From: Ignavibacteriota bacterium
GTDB taxonomy: Bacteria > Bacteroidota > Ignavibacteria > Palsa-1295
NCBI GenBank assembly: GCA_963787835.1
Contig: CAWBEI010000002.1
Coordinates: forward strand, 512,001 to 576,000
Length of the DNA stretch: 64,000 bases
Direction: 5' to 3'
In this document: positions 1-9,666 of the stretch, piece after piece
Layout of the letters: the number at the start of each line of letters is the position of its first letter
Position numbering within the stretch: position 1 is the first letter of the stretch
Notes under the pieces: model-generated
Seen by the model: only the letters and a program-made list of their open reading frames with translations
Databases searched by the model: none
What the model was told of the DNA's origin: nothing
Position numbers and translations under genes: made by a program

Positions 1-571
1 CCACATGGAGTGATGTCTGATACGATTGCAAGAAAAGCATCCCTACATTTGCTCCGGCAATGGCATGCCACCGTTTTGCGAACTCATAATAAAAACCGCC
101 ACCAATTCCAGCTTCACCGATCGTTGCAAGCAGTTCATGGCGGATGCTGAACGGCGTAAGCGTGTGATTGACCGCGTCATAGCTCAGATCGCTTTCGGTC
201 CAGTTGAATTCCGGATGGTGATACTGCAGGAACAAACTCGGCTGAAAACTCCAAGGATCATTATCACCCCAGAGTGGCATATCGGCAAGGAATCGAAATC
301 CATAATCATTGCCGGTTCCCATCGAGTATTCATCACAACCGATCAAAGCTATTGGCGCAGGGATCGTCGCTTCATAATAATCCCCCCAACCATAATTGAT
401 CTGGATTCCTGCTCGGAGCGGCTTATGCTCGATCAGGAAAGAACTTTCGATCAGCGTATCCTTCATCACAAGGGAATCTCGCCGGGCACTGCTTGGAGCT
501 TGCGCCCGCACGCCGGCAGAGGCAAGGAGAAATATGCTCACATATAGATACAGGAGATTTCTTCGCCTCAT
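1..571 (-). CDS. Exported/outer-membrane protein, N-terminal part (runs off the window edge)
   Basis: Manual translation from ATG at 571: MRRRNLLYLYVSIFLLASAGVRAQ (signal peptide), then an open frame with beta-strand-like aromatic segments to position 1. Not in the ORF track. Confidence 0.7.
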   Translation of the reverse strand, partial: MRRRNLLYLYVSIFLLASAGVRAQAPSSARRDSLVMKDTLIESSFLIEHKPLRAGIQINYGWGDYYEATIPAPIALIGCDEYSMGTGNDYGFRFLADMPLWGDNDPWSFQPSLFLQYHHPEFNWTESDLSYDAVNHTLTPFSIRHELLATIGEAGIGGGFYYEFAKRWHAIAGANVGMLFLQSYQTSLHV

Positions 572-752
572 TCGCACTAATAGAAATTTCAGCCATGCAG
601 GTAGCACTTCCCTTTAACGGGTCAGAACCATGATAATTTCCCGTGCCAGAAAATTAGGAAGCTCGCTCCGACCTAAGGAAAGTATTTCCTGCGATCCAAG
701 CGAGCTTCGGGATGAGATGTACTACAACTATTTTTCTTGACCCAGTGAACGG

Positions 753-1427
753 TTAGTGCCCTGGACTGATTTTCGGCGGCTCAAGACTTACTGGCCCTCC
801 ACCGGCTGCACCACTAACTGGTTCTGAATCTCTGGTTTGAACCGCATTCTGTTGGTGGTTCATTGCATGGGCCGATCGAGAGTGAACTACAGGTTTATTC
901 TCCGCCGACTTCATTTCATTGCTGATCGGAGCAGAAGAAACATTCGGAGCCACATTCGTCGATGGCAATTCTTTCACAGACGGAGAAACCGGCTGGGCCA
1001 TACGAGTAACTTGCTGAACCTGAGGTACGACGGGATTAACGACCGCGCGTACTCCATATCCCACAAGCGCCGCAACCGAGAGGCTGGCCACAGTAACGAG
1101 CGTACTCAGCTTCGTGGCAAATAGCGCCTTGATAACGCTGCCCGAAGATGCCGCCTGAACCGTACCCGCTTTGGTCGCGCTTAGTCCCGAACCGCTTAGA
1201 CCGGCGCCGAGGCCGAGCGTCGCAAAGACTGCGCCGCGAAGGTTACGCGGAGGGTTCAGAACTGCTTCATCGTGATGAAGAACTTTTTTCAGCACGAGTT
1301 CCGAGCGAAAGGACTTTCTGAGCGCCTCGCTGGAGGCGAGCGCGATCAGGAATTCCTGCTCATGTTCGGCAGAGAACTCGTTATCGATGTATGAACTGAT
1401 TCGATCGTCGTGTGTCATAAAATTCAT
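753..1427 (-). CDS. Putative anti-sigma factor
   Basis: Directly downstream of an ECF sigma. N-terminal ISSYIDNE anti-sigma-like helix without the Zn ligands, a hydrophobic TM segment and a low-complexity tail. Confidence 0.7.
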   Translation of the reverse strand: MNFMTHDDRISSYIDNEFSAEHEQEFLIALASSEALRKSFRSELVLKKVLHHDEAVLNPPRNLRGAVFATLGLGAGLSGSGLSATKAGTVQAASSGSVIKALFATKLSTLVTVASLSVAALVGYGVRAVVNPVVPQVQQVTRMAQPVSPSVKELPSTNVAPNVSSAPISNEMKSAENKPVVHSRSAHAMNHQQNAVQTRDSEPVSGAAGGGPVSLEPPKISPGH

Positions 1428-1495
1428 TCGATTCCATTAATCCTGAAAATCAAGCCTGAACATCCGCTTGAATCGGCGTACTCCAGGTTCTGGCT

Positions 1496-2143
1496 CTACT
1501 CCGTTTTCCGGAGTTCCAGCCAGGCTGCGATCATTTTTCTCAAACGCTCGCGTGCGCGCCACGCCCTTGTTTTTGCGGTCACAGCAGGAGCTCCGATGAT
1601 CTCGGATAGCTCATCGTACGAATACCCGAAGTACTCATGCAAAATGAACGCCTCTCGCTGTGCTGCCGGAAGCCTAAGTAACGCTCGTTCGAGCATATCG
1701 CGCAGGTCCGAATCTTCCAGCCCATCGCCGCGCACCGCAAGTTCCGTCTCGGGCGTATCGTCGATCGAGATGTTCGGCAGCAGCTTTCGGTCGCGGATGG
1801 CGTTCAGCGAAAGATTTCGTGCCACCGTAAATAGCAGTCCCGAAAATTTCAGGACAGTCTTTCGCTCGCCGCGGAGTCGGTACATCCGTGTCCAGACATC
1901 CTGAAAGACATCCTCCGCATCGCTCCTCGATCCGACGAAACGCACTACATATAAGTAGAGCGGACGTTCGAATGCATCGTAGAGCGCCCGGAAAGCCTCG
2001 TCGTTCCCATCCAGAAAGCTGTTAAAGGCTTCTGTGTCGGCATCGGTGGAGGGGGGCACTGTGCCAGGATCAAATTCCGAGACGCCAGTCGATAACTCGG
2101 CTGGAAAAACATCATAAATGCTCTCGTTTCGATCTAATGGCAT
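1496..2143 (-). CDS. ECF RNA polymerase sigma factor
   Basis: Region 2 AEDVFQDVW...VARNLSLN; region 4 LPAAQREAFIL...SYDELSEI...KTRAWRARERLR. Confidence 0.95.
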   Translation of the reverse strand: MPLDRNESIYDVFPAELSTGVSEFDPGTVPPSTDADTEAFNSFLDGNDEAFRALYDAFERPLYLYVVRFVGSRSDAEDVFQDVWTRMYRLRGERKTVLKFSGLLFTVARNLSLNAIRDRKLLPNISIDDTPETELAVRGDGLEDSDLRDMLERALLRLPAAQREAFILHEYFGYSYDELSEIIGAPAVTAKTRAWRARERLRKMIAAWLELRKTE

Positions 2144-2304
2144 AGCTTAGGAACCCCAGAAATCCGACTTTTGCGCCCGGCGCATCCGTTTTGCACCATA
2201 CATCGCCGCCCGATCAACTGGTAATTCTATCCCCCTCCCATGAGCGACACGGCGATAGACCCAAAAGTTACAAGCAGTATCAAAAAAACGCATTTTGTCT
2301 CCAA

Positions 2305-2621
2305 GAAATGCTTGGCAGTGTGTTTGTTCTTTTGGAGTTCATGAACTGTCGCGTTATAGACTCGGAAACGCCATCTGTTCTTTCGGCAAAGTGCCATCAT
2401 ATTTTTTTTACATATTCATTTAATGAACTTTTTTCTCGCTCGAATCAACTATTCATGAATTCAAGCGTCATTACGTTCGAAATTCCCATCCTTCTTTAAT
2501 CTTTAAGATCCATCCTTTCTTAATCCTGAAAATCCTGTAAATCGTGGTCTAATTTACACTTTCCGAAACAGGTGCCCATAATCCCACTCTCAAACATACA
2601 ACATCCCAAACCCAAAAGCAA
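2305..2621 (-). other. Diverged copy (C) of the GGCACCT non-coding element
   Basis: Minus strand reads TTGCTT-N17-TATGTT, ATGGGCACCT, then AGAACAGATGGCG-N28-GAACTC, matching blocks and spacing of the copy at 22474. Confidence 0.5.
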
Positions 2622-2653
2622 GGAAAATCTGAATATAATTGAATTTTTTCAGC

Positions 2654-2799
2654 GCCGTTAGGCGCGGCCCGTTTGTAGAAAATGATCGTTTTATGAAATC
2701 GATCGAGCTCCGTAAGAGCGGGCACAGGTCGCTCCTACGGAGCTTGAAATGCCTAAATGGGATAATTTCTACAAACTGGCCACGCCTACGGCGTTGTCA
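2654..2799. repeat. REP-like composite palindrome
   Basis: Inverted arms GTTTGTAGAAA/TTTCTACAAAC and GAGCTCCGTAAGAGC/GCTCCTACGGAGCT; a shorter relative lies at 36364-36451. Confidence 0.75.
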
Positions 2800-2827
2800 T
2801 TGTCTGAACCTGGAATTCTGAGATAAT

Positions 2828-2886
2828 GTGTACACCGGGTTTCAACCCGGTGCGGGATTCTTCACCGGGTTGAAACCCGGTGTACA
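2828..2886. repeat. Nested palindrome doublet (REP-like)
   Basis: TGTACACCGGGTTTCAACCCGGTG...CACCGGGTTGAAACCCGGTGTACA, a perfect inverted pair. Confidence 0.85.
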
Positions 2887-2897
2887 CTTGAAACAGG

Positions 2898-5366
2898 TTA
2901 CCGCATCAACACCACCGGCTGCGTCTCCACCTGCCCATTTATCCGAACGAGGCATTCATACATCCCCTGTGTAGCGCAGGCATTCTTGCCTGCGTCCCAT
3001 GAGAAGTTATGCTCTCCAGCACCCAACTCACCCGAAAACAGCCGCGCAACCTCCACGCCAAGCATATTCACAATAGAGACCTCCGCATATCCGGCGGATT
3101 GCGAAGCGAAGCTGATTTGTGTGGATTGCGAGAATGGATTGGGCGCTGCCGTTACTATTGAAGAGAACTCCGATTGTGGCTCAACTCCTGCTACCCCGTT
3201 AGCCGTACCGATAAGTGTAATGTTTATTCTCTTTGCTTCCGATACTATTCCAATGTTAGCAGTATAAACTCCCGGTTGCGTTGGCGTGAATAGAACTTCG
3301 AACGTGAAGTGCTCGCCAGGATTTAGGATTACCTCACTTGATAGATCGCTGGTGATGAAAGCATTTTGCGATTGTGTAATCGGAAATGACTCGATAGTGA
3401 CTGCCGCTTTTCCATCATTCGTTATAGTTACAAATTGCAAGGAATCTTTACCCACCGGGATGGTACCAAAGTTGATCGTGTCGGCACTTGCGCCTAAAAT
3501 GTAAGGCGATGTAGTCATTTCGGAAAGTGGACGCCGCCAGATTGTGGGAGATGATGAACTGTAAGAGTTAATGGAATAAGCGCTGGCGTAGAGCATGCTC
3601 TCAAAGATCGTTAGGGCCCTAACGGAAGTATCTATCATTCCGGAGTCTTGTTCAACCCAATTATCTCCATTATCATAAGAAACAAAAAATCCATTCTGGG
3701 AACCGGCAAAAAACATCGAGTCAAACGACATTATAGCTGAAATATCTTCCAAAGAATCACCTATAAGCACCCAAACCTGGTTATGGATACTTGATCGATA
3801 CATACCGGCAAAATCAGAAATCGCAAAAATAAAAGTATCGATTGAAGTCACAAATTTTAAGTCACCTTGTGGTGTACTATGTGAAACCCACGTCTGTCCT
3901 TCATCGCTCGAAATGAAAATTCCCCATATGACACCATAAGGAGGACTGGAACTCTCTACCATAATATCATTTCCCGCCGCGCTGAGAGCTAATACTTGTA
4001 ATTCAGATGACAACCCATTATTTGCCTCGTTCCATGTTGCTCCACTATCTGACGAGACAAATACACCATTACTCTTGGTACCAGCAAAGAGTTTGGAATT
4101 TTTTGAAATAAGAGATACAACATAATCTGCCGGCAATCCACTGTCTCGAGGTATCCATGTATTTCCATTGTCAGTGGTAAGAAATACTCCGTTCGACCCT
4201 GCGTAAAAATTAGGCCCAAGAGAAGCAATAGAAGAAATCGTGTTCAAAGTAGAATTTGCCAGTGCATGAACTCCATCCAGATAAAATGACCATGTATAAC
4301 CGGAATCCTTCGATCGGAGAATAGCGCCGCCTACATTAGCGTAAAGAGTGTTGCCGCAAGGCATAAGCGAAGAAGCAGGTACGGATTCTCCCGTATTAGC
4401 AAGAACCCAACTTTTGCCAGTATCATACGAAATGAATACACCATAACTACCAGTACCAGCAAAAAGAGTTTCGCCATTGGAAGTAAGAGAAAGAATCCAA
4501 TCCTGCGGTAGCGTGAGCGGACTTTGCCAACTCGATCCATCATCTGTGGAATAAAACAGACCTTGAGGCGTACCCGCAAGAATGGTATTACCCAAAATAG
4601 TCAGATTAATAATCTCTGTCCAACCAGGATTATTTGTTAGTGTTTCCCACGTAACTCCCAAATCGGAAGAGATTAAGATAGTACTGAGAGAGGTTCCAGC
4701 CAATAGATTTCTCCCGTCTGCTGAAAGACAAGCAATCTCAGATGCAGCCGATCCCGAATCGACATAGCTCCAATTATTTCCAAGATCCGAGGAGCGAAAC
4801 AATTTTCCTGTATTCGTTCCCACAAAAAGGGACGAATCTATTACAGCAAAACCGGAAACCACATCACTGTATGGATTAATGTTTATACTATCGCTTACAA
4901 TTTCCCATGTAAGTCCTTGATCCGTGGAACGTTCAATGTCGGTTGTCGGCGGGACAGTGGTATTAGTTCCCACAAAAATGGCACCATCACTGCCTATATA
5001 TGAACTTATATACGGGCTTTCAGCTTGCATTTTTCCTCTCTTTATCCATTCGGAACTACTGTCAGACCAGAGGTATATGGCAGAATCGGTAGAGAGCAAG
5101 ATTATGCCACCGCCGCCTATCAGTGCAGTATTGCCGCCGAGACTGATGCCTTTATTTGAAGGTATCCAGTTTAAACCATGATCAGTTGTTCGGGAGAGTC
5201 CGTACCCTGCAGCGAATACGAAAGTTTCTTGTTCGTTTGAAGCTGAAGTTTGTATCTCTCCTCCATAAAGCCCATTCATCGGCTGCCACTGCGCGCGCAG
5301 CACACACGTCGGCATCACCGCAAGTGCGGCGAAAAGAGCGAGAGTAAGAAGACGTTTCGGGAACAT
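2898..5366 (-). CDS. BNR/Asp-box repeat beta-propeller protein with Ig-like (choice-of-anchor D-like) domain and T9SS CTD
   Basis: Signal peptide; many SxDxGxTW repeats; INFGTIPVG...TITNDG Ig domain; C-terminal PNPF...NMLGVEV...GMY. Confidence 0.9.
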   Translation of the reverse strand: MFPKRLLTLALFAALAVMPTCVLRAQWQPMNGLYGGEIQTSASNEQETFVFAAGYGLSRTTDHGLNWIPSNKGISLGGNTALIGGGGIILLSTDSAIYLWSDSSSEWIKRGKMQAESPYISSYIGSDGAIFVGTNTTVPPTTDIERSTDQGLTWEIVSDSININPYSDVVSGFAVIDSSLFVGTNTGKLFRSSDLGNNWSYVDSGSAASEIACLSADGRNLLAGTSLSTILISSDLGVTWETLTNNPGWTEIINLTILGNTILAGTPQGLFYSTDDGSSWQSPLTLPQDWILSLTSNGETLFAGTGSYGVFISYDTGKSWVLANTGESVPASSLMPCGNTLYANVGGAILRSKDSGYTWSFYLDGVHALANSTLNTISSIASLGPNFYAGSNGVFLTTDNGNTWIPRDSGLPADYVVSLISKNSKLFAGTKSNGVFVSSDSGATWNEANNGLSSELQVLALSAAGNDIMVESSSPPYGVIWGIFISSDEGQTWVSHSTPQGDLKFVTSIDTFIFAISDFAGMYRSSIHNQVWVLIGDSLEDISAIMSFDSMFFAGSQNGFFVSYDNGDNWVEQDSGMIDTSVRALTIFESMLYASAYSINSYSSSSPTIWRRPLSEMTTSPYILGASADTINFGTIPVGKDSLQFVTITNDGKAAVTIESFPITQSQNAFITSDLSSEVILNPGEHFTFEVLFTPTQPGVYTANIGIVSEAKRINITLIGTANGVAGVEPQSEFSSIVTAAPNPFSQSTQISFASQSAGYAEVSIVNMLGVEVARLFSGELGAGEHNFSWDAGKNACATQGMYECLVRINGQVETQPVVLMR

Positions 5367-5417
5367 GGTTTGCTACATTGCAAAGCCGCACGGGAAGTTA
5401 AAAGTGCCCGATAATCA

Positions 5418-5810
5418 CTATTCGAGGATGGTAATTTTGATCGGAGAATCAATGCCGCGAAAGTGACGATCGATCGTGATAAACTCCAGTCCGAAAAGCT
5501 CCGCTACAGCAAGTTGGTATGCATCGTCGAATCCTAAGCGATGCCGCTGGTGGATCGCAATTAAAAGAGAATATTCGGTCGAGGGCAATGCGAGCAAATA
5601 GTTCCGTACGAGCACATCGTTCAGGAACGCCTGAAAGAGCATTGCCTTTTGCTGGCCGAGCAGTGTGACTCCGATAGAGTGTAATGCAAAATCGGTAAGC
5701 GCGGACACTCCACGATATTGGCGTAACAGATCTTCGCATACGCTCCAACGCTTCTGCTCCAGCAGAACTTCGAGAAAAATGTTGGTGTCTATCAGGATTC
5801 GAGCCGCCAC
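5418..5810 (-). CDS. vapC: PIN-domain (VapC-type) toxin
   Basis: ILIDTNIFLE, FDDA and TID acidic motifs; overlaps the small upstream gene. Confidence 0.9.
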   Translation of the reverse strand: MAARILIDTNIFLEVLLEQKRWSVCEDLLRQYRGVSALTDFALHSIGVTLLGQQKAMLFQAFLNDVLVRNYLLALPSTEYSLLIAIHQRHRLGFDDAYQLAVAELFGLEFITIDRHFRGIDSPIKITILE

Positions 5811-6034
5811 TCGGATGCCTTATGCTGAAGTTCGACGGACGTGTAGTGATCGCGGAGTTCCTTGAGTCCTCCGGCCCAGTCGAACGAGTAATCGTCATTC
5901 GTCTTTTGCAGCCGTCGTGCTGCGCGGAGCTTTTCTGCAAAGTGCTCCAATTGTGAGCGAGCCTCCGAAGGCAGCTCTTCAAATATTTCGACTAATTCAC
6001 GCGTGCTCATCTTCATTAAAGCAAACACTTCCAT
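5792..6034 (-). CDS. Antitoxin, DUF2281-like
   Basis: Small ORF overlapping the PIN toxin; C-terminal FDWAGGLKELRDHYTSVELQHKASEWR motif. Confidence 0.75.
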   Translation of the reverse strand: MEVFALMKMSTRELVEIFEELPSEARSQLEHFAEKLRAARRLQKTNDDYSFDWAGGLKELRDHYTSVELQHKASEWRLES

Positions 6035-6118
6035 GCACTAAGGGTTCCTTCTATACATTCGTCTGCATCTCTGCGCATGATGCATAAGTTCATTCAGAAA
6101 TTATGGAGATGGTAAATA

Positions 6119-6144
6119 GTCATTCCCGCTTTCGCGGGAATGAC
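6119..6144. repeat. GTCATTCCCGC...GCGGGAATGAC palindrome
   Basis: Perfect 11-bp arms; same family at 49723-49821. Confidence 0.8.
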
Positions 6145-6188
6145 ACGAATCCATCTGCGTAATCCGCTTTAATCCGCGTAATCCAGGT

Positions 6189-6737
6189 TTACAATCCGAA
6201 ATTCAGCGTGGCGATCCCACCCCATCCGGTGATCGGCGCAACGCCGTTGGATTCGCCGATGTAATTGACTCCGATGCCGAGCGAGAGCATTTCGGGAACG
6301 ATCTCGAATTGATACTGCGCCTGCGCATCGTACGCAAGGGAGTTATACGACGAGATGTTCGTGGAGATCGAAGTCGGTATGCTTGGCGGCTGCGACGTAG
6401 TGGCTCCAAAGCCCACTGCACCCGAAACCATGATATGGAATAAGGTAAAATCCCCACCGCCGAGAATTCCATTCTCGCGAACAAAGGCATTGCTCTTGCC
6501 CCAATCGACATGCCGGTATTCAAGGAAGAACGTCATGAATGAGCCTCGCACGGCGAAGAAATCGTTCGTGCCAAATCCTACGGAACCGACACCCGAAAGG
6601 CTGGAGGTTTGCCCGCCTCCGATGGCAGTAGCGCTGATCACAGCACCCGGCACCTGCGCGTACGCCTCATCGATAAACGAGCTTGTTATGCTTAATGTGA
6701 GGAAAAAGAAGAGAGTTAGAACTAATAGCTTTTTCAT
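6189..6737 (-). CDS. Small outer-membrane beta-barrel-like protein
   Basis: Signal peptide, Gly/aromatic amphipathic strands, C-terminal LNFGL. Confidence 0.65.
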   Translation of the reverse strand: MKKLLVLTLFFFLTLSITSSFIDEAYAQVPGAVISATAIGGGQTSSLSGVGSVGFGTNDFFAVRGSFMTFFLEYRHVDWGKSNAFVRENGILGGGDFTLFHIMVSGAVGFGATTSQPPSIPTSISTNISSYNSLAYDAQAQYQFEIVPEMLSLGIGVNYIGESNGVAPITGWGGIATLNFGL

Positions 6738-6791
6738 AATGATCGGTTTTTGGTATATCTTGTCATACGCGACAAGTGCTGTGCCGATTCA

Positions 6792-7316
6792 TCATTGCTG
6801 AAATGGCTTCGTGACAAATTGTTCAGACTTCCCCCGTGGTATAGAAAGCGTTTTCCATTCGGAACCCTTCAAATGCTTACCAATATACACAATCTGTCCT
6901 ACATGGTAGCCATAATGGCTGATCTGCCGTAGGATCGCCTCCATCACCGTGTGGGATTCACTACGAATGAAAATTTCTTTATCGAGATCGCTGTCGGTCA
7001 GCGGGCGGATCGCAGAGAAAACGAGATCCCAGCCAGCACCCCAACGCTTCTGCAATTCATCGAGCGATAAGCGTTGCTCGATAAATTCCCCATCGCGGTT
7101 GCGATCTGGCTTTTCACCATCGCTCGTGAGGAAATCGGTAAAACGAGAGATCATGTTGCCATACAGATGCTGCACGATGATGGCGATAGAATTCGATTCC
7201 GCGTCGGGCGACCAATGGATCTGTTCGTCGTTCAATTGCTCCAATGTTTTCGTTCCAAGCGAATGAAGCTGCTCGAACCGGTCGAGCGAAAGAGTAAGGA
7301 AAGTTTTGTCGTTCAT
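6792..7316 (-). CDS. DUF1572/DinB-family protein
   Basis: SNSIAIIVQHLYGNMISRFTDFLTSDGEKPDRNRDGEF; HYGYHVGQIV. Confidence 0.9.
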   Translation of the reverse strand: MNDKTFLTLSLDRFEQLHSLGTKTLEQLNDEQIHWSPDAESNSIAIIVQHLYGNMISRFTDFLTSDGEKPDRNRDGEFIEQRLSLDELQKRWGAGWDLVFSAIRPLTDSDLDKEIFIRSESHTVMEAILRQISHYGYHVGQIVYIGKHLKGSEWKTLSIPRGKSEQFVTKPFQQ

Positions 7317-7351
7317 AATTATTTGTTATTCTTAATCTGATTGGCAGCGGC

Positions 7352-7963
7352 TCACGAGCGAAAGAACAGGCCCAGTCCGAAGACTCCTTCCATGAACGTG
7401 ACCGAATTTCGTCCGTATGCCTGAATGCGGTTCATCCCAACGTACTCCCGGAATTCCACATAGAATAATTGGTCCGACCATCCGGCGCCAGCCGTCACTA
7501 CCGGCGAGGAAAAAGTCGCCGCACCATAGTATTGTTTTAACGCGATGTTACTTGCGGAATCGGTAGTTCCCAAAGCATATCCGGCCCCGGCGCTGGCGAA
7601 TACGTTATTCAAGAAATAGTATCGCAGCACCAGACTATTGATCTCGACGCTGCTCGAATAGCTTAAGTTCTCATAGCTATACGGATCGGCCAGGATCGAA
7701 TGCTCATACCGATAGACGCACTCGAACCGCCCAAGAAAGCTCATGCCGCCTGTGAGTTCCCAATGCGGAATAATGAGCGGGATCTGTCGCGAGGGCGAAA
7801 CAATGCCGACCCCAAGCGCAAGATACACATGTGGATGGAAGCCGGACGCGGTATCCGGAAAAGGACGCGATCCGTCGTCCGCATTAAAATTGAATTGTGC
7901 AAAGCTTGACCGTGCTGAGAGCGCGATCAATAAGCAGGATCCGATAATAACCCTTTTCATCAT
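7352..7963 (-). CDS. Outer-membrane beta-barrel-like protein
   Basis: Signal peptide from MMKRVII; amphipathic strands; aromatic C-terminus; ATGA overlap with the upstream gene. Confidence 0.65.
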   Translation of the reverse strand: MMKRVIIGSCLLIALSARSSFAQFNFNADDGSRPFPDTASGFHPHVYLALGVGIVSPSRQIPLIIPHWELTGGMSFLGRFECVYRYEHSILADPYSYENLSYSSSVEINSLVLRYYFLNNVFASAGAGYALGTTDSASNIALKQYYGAATFSSPVVTAGAGWSDQLFYVEFREYVGMNRIQAYGRNSVTFMEGVFGLGLFFRS

Positions 7964-8559
7964 TGTCCTGCAAAACTTCCCACATCCCAATCCTTCTTTG
8001 CCAATTCACTGCGGAAATGCTGAACGTACATCAGATAATTCGTCGAGCCATCGAGGACCATCTTGCGCTCATACTCATTGAGCGGACGCAAAATCTTCGC
8101 GGGAATACCCGCGACAAGCATTCCCGGCGGCACGACGGTCCCGCCGAGCACAACAGCCCCGGCTGCTACCAACGATTCTTCACCGATCACCGCGCGGTCG
8201 AGCACGACGGCGTTCATGCCGATGAGCGCCCGATCTTTAACAGTGCAGCCATGCAGCACCGCGCCATGACCAACGGTCACTGCTTCACCGACCCATGTAG
8301 GATTCGAGAAATTGGTAACATGGATCGTCGCGTTATCCTGAATATTGGTATCCTTCCCAATGCGAATGCGCTCGACATCCCCGCGAATAACCACATTGAA
8401 CCACACGCTCACGTTCTCGGCGAGTTCCACATCGCCAATGACTCGTGAACCAGCCGCAAGAAAAACACTTTCGTGGACTTTGGGAATTTTACCGTCGAAC
8501 GCATAGAGCTTGCCGGTCTCAACGGATGATTCAATGGGGAGTAGTTCTATTTCGCGCAT
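7960..8559 (-). CDS. Gamma carbonic anhydrase family protein
   Basis: Hexapeptide repeats; IRGD, TNIQDN, TVGHGAVLHGC. Confidence 0.95.
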   Translation of the reverse strand: MREIELLPIESSVETGKLYAFDGKIPKVHESVFLAAGSRVIGDVELAENVSVWFNVVIRGDVERIRIGKDTNIQDNATIHVTNFSNPTWVGEAVTVGHGAVLHGCTVKDRALIGMNAVVLDRAVIGEESLVAAGAVVLGGTVVPPGMLVAGIPAKILRPLNEYERKMVLDGSTNYLMYVQHFRSELAKKDWDVGSFAGQ

Positions 8560-8592
8560 GATATTATGAACAACAGGCCGTGCAGTGGGCGT

Positions 8593-9531
8593 TCAGCTTC
8601 TCGATCGGGCTTTTGGCGCGTGTTTGACGCTCCCAGCAGCATCGTTTGATGGGCCCCTGCGCGTGCGAGGGATTCTTACAAGCCCATGCCGCTCCTTATA
8701 AAGCCATCCCACTTCCGCACCAATGAGAAATGCAAGACTGGCATAGTATAACCACAGTGCAATACCGGCGAGAAACGCGTAGGTCCCATAGAGCGTCCGA
8801 ATGGAACTGATATGTGTCATGTAATACACGAACAATAAGCGCATGGCTTCCGTAAGGATGACGGACGTTGCAGCAGAAACATAGATCACCTTTCTCGGTA
8901 GCCGTTCATGCGGTAGCATCCAAAATAACACTCCATACAGCACGATCGAAACAGCGAGCGTCAGGAAGCGTGGCACCGTCGTATTTACGATCGCGGCGAG
9001 CCATTGCGGCAGCACTTCCGATCCAAGCCGCTGCATCAAATTTACTACGGGCGAAAGAAAGGTTGAAGTGAGCAAGAGCACAAGAACGAGGATGATCAGA
9101 ACAAAATCCAGCAGCTTTTGAAAGACCATGTTCTTCTTCGCGTTCTGGTGAAAGACAATATTGACCGACGTGCGCAGCGTCGAGAACAGGATGCTCGCCA
9201 GCCAAAAAAGCGTTATCCCGCCGACAATTCCGGCAATGGTACTATTGTGGCCCATTTTCGAAAGCTCACCCACTAACCACGCCCGAACGTCATGCGCGCT
9301 GATCGGGATGGGAAACGATGCCGCCACATAGCTGACCACATACCCTACCGCTCGGCCTCTTGAAAGAGCTGCTGAGAAAAAATAAAAGATCACAAGAGAA
9401 AGTGGCAGCACGCAATACAGCACGTTGAATGCAATACCCGCCGCCAACAGGAAATAGTGATCCTCGTCAGCATGTTTATAGATGCCTACGATGTAATACC
9501 TGATCGATTTTGCGATGCGGGTTAGATTCAT
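8593..9531 (-). CDS. YihY/virulence factor BrkB family membrane protein
   Basis: LAAGIAF, multiple TM helices, LYGTYA...LWLYY...LIGAE. Confidence 0.9.
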   Translation of the reverse strand: MNLTRIAKSIRYYIVGIYKHADEDHYFLLAAGIAFNVLYCVLPLSLVIFYFFSAALSRGRAVGYVVSYVAASFPIPISAHDVRAWLVGELSKMGHNSTIAGIVGGITLFWLASILFSTLRTSVNIVFHQNAKKNMVFQKLLDFVLIILVLVLLLTSTFLSPVVNLMQRLGSEVLPQWLAAIVNTTVPRFLTLAVSIVLYGVLFWMLPHERLPRKVIYVSAATSVILTEAMRLLFVYYMTHISSIRTLYGTYAFLAGIALWLYYASLAFLIGAEVGWLYKERHGLVRIPRTRRGPSNDAAGSVKHAPKARSRS

Positions 9532-9666
9532 TTGCTTCAAAAATACGACACCGCCACGCTTATCATCCTGAGCGGAGCAAATCAGGGTCACATTAACTCA
9601 TTTCATATTATCAAATCTTTTCCTTACGGATTGCTGTTTTCTCATACTTCGTTATTTTACGCTACT

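Noticed and set aside
26-547. Plus-strand 173-aa ORF
   Set aside because: The minus-strand frame with a signal peptide, co-oriented with the sigma operon, is more plausible
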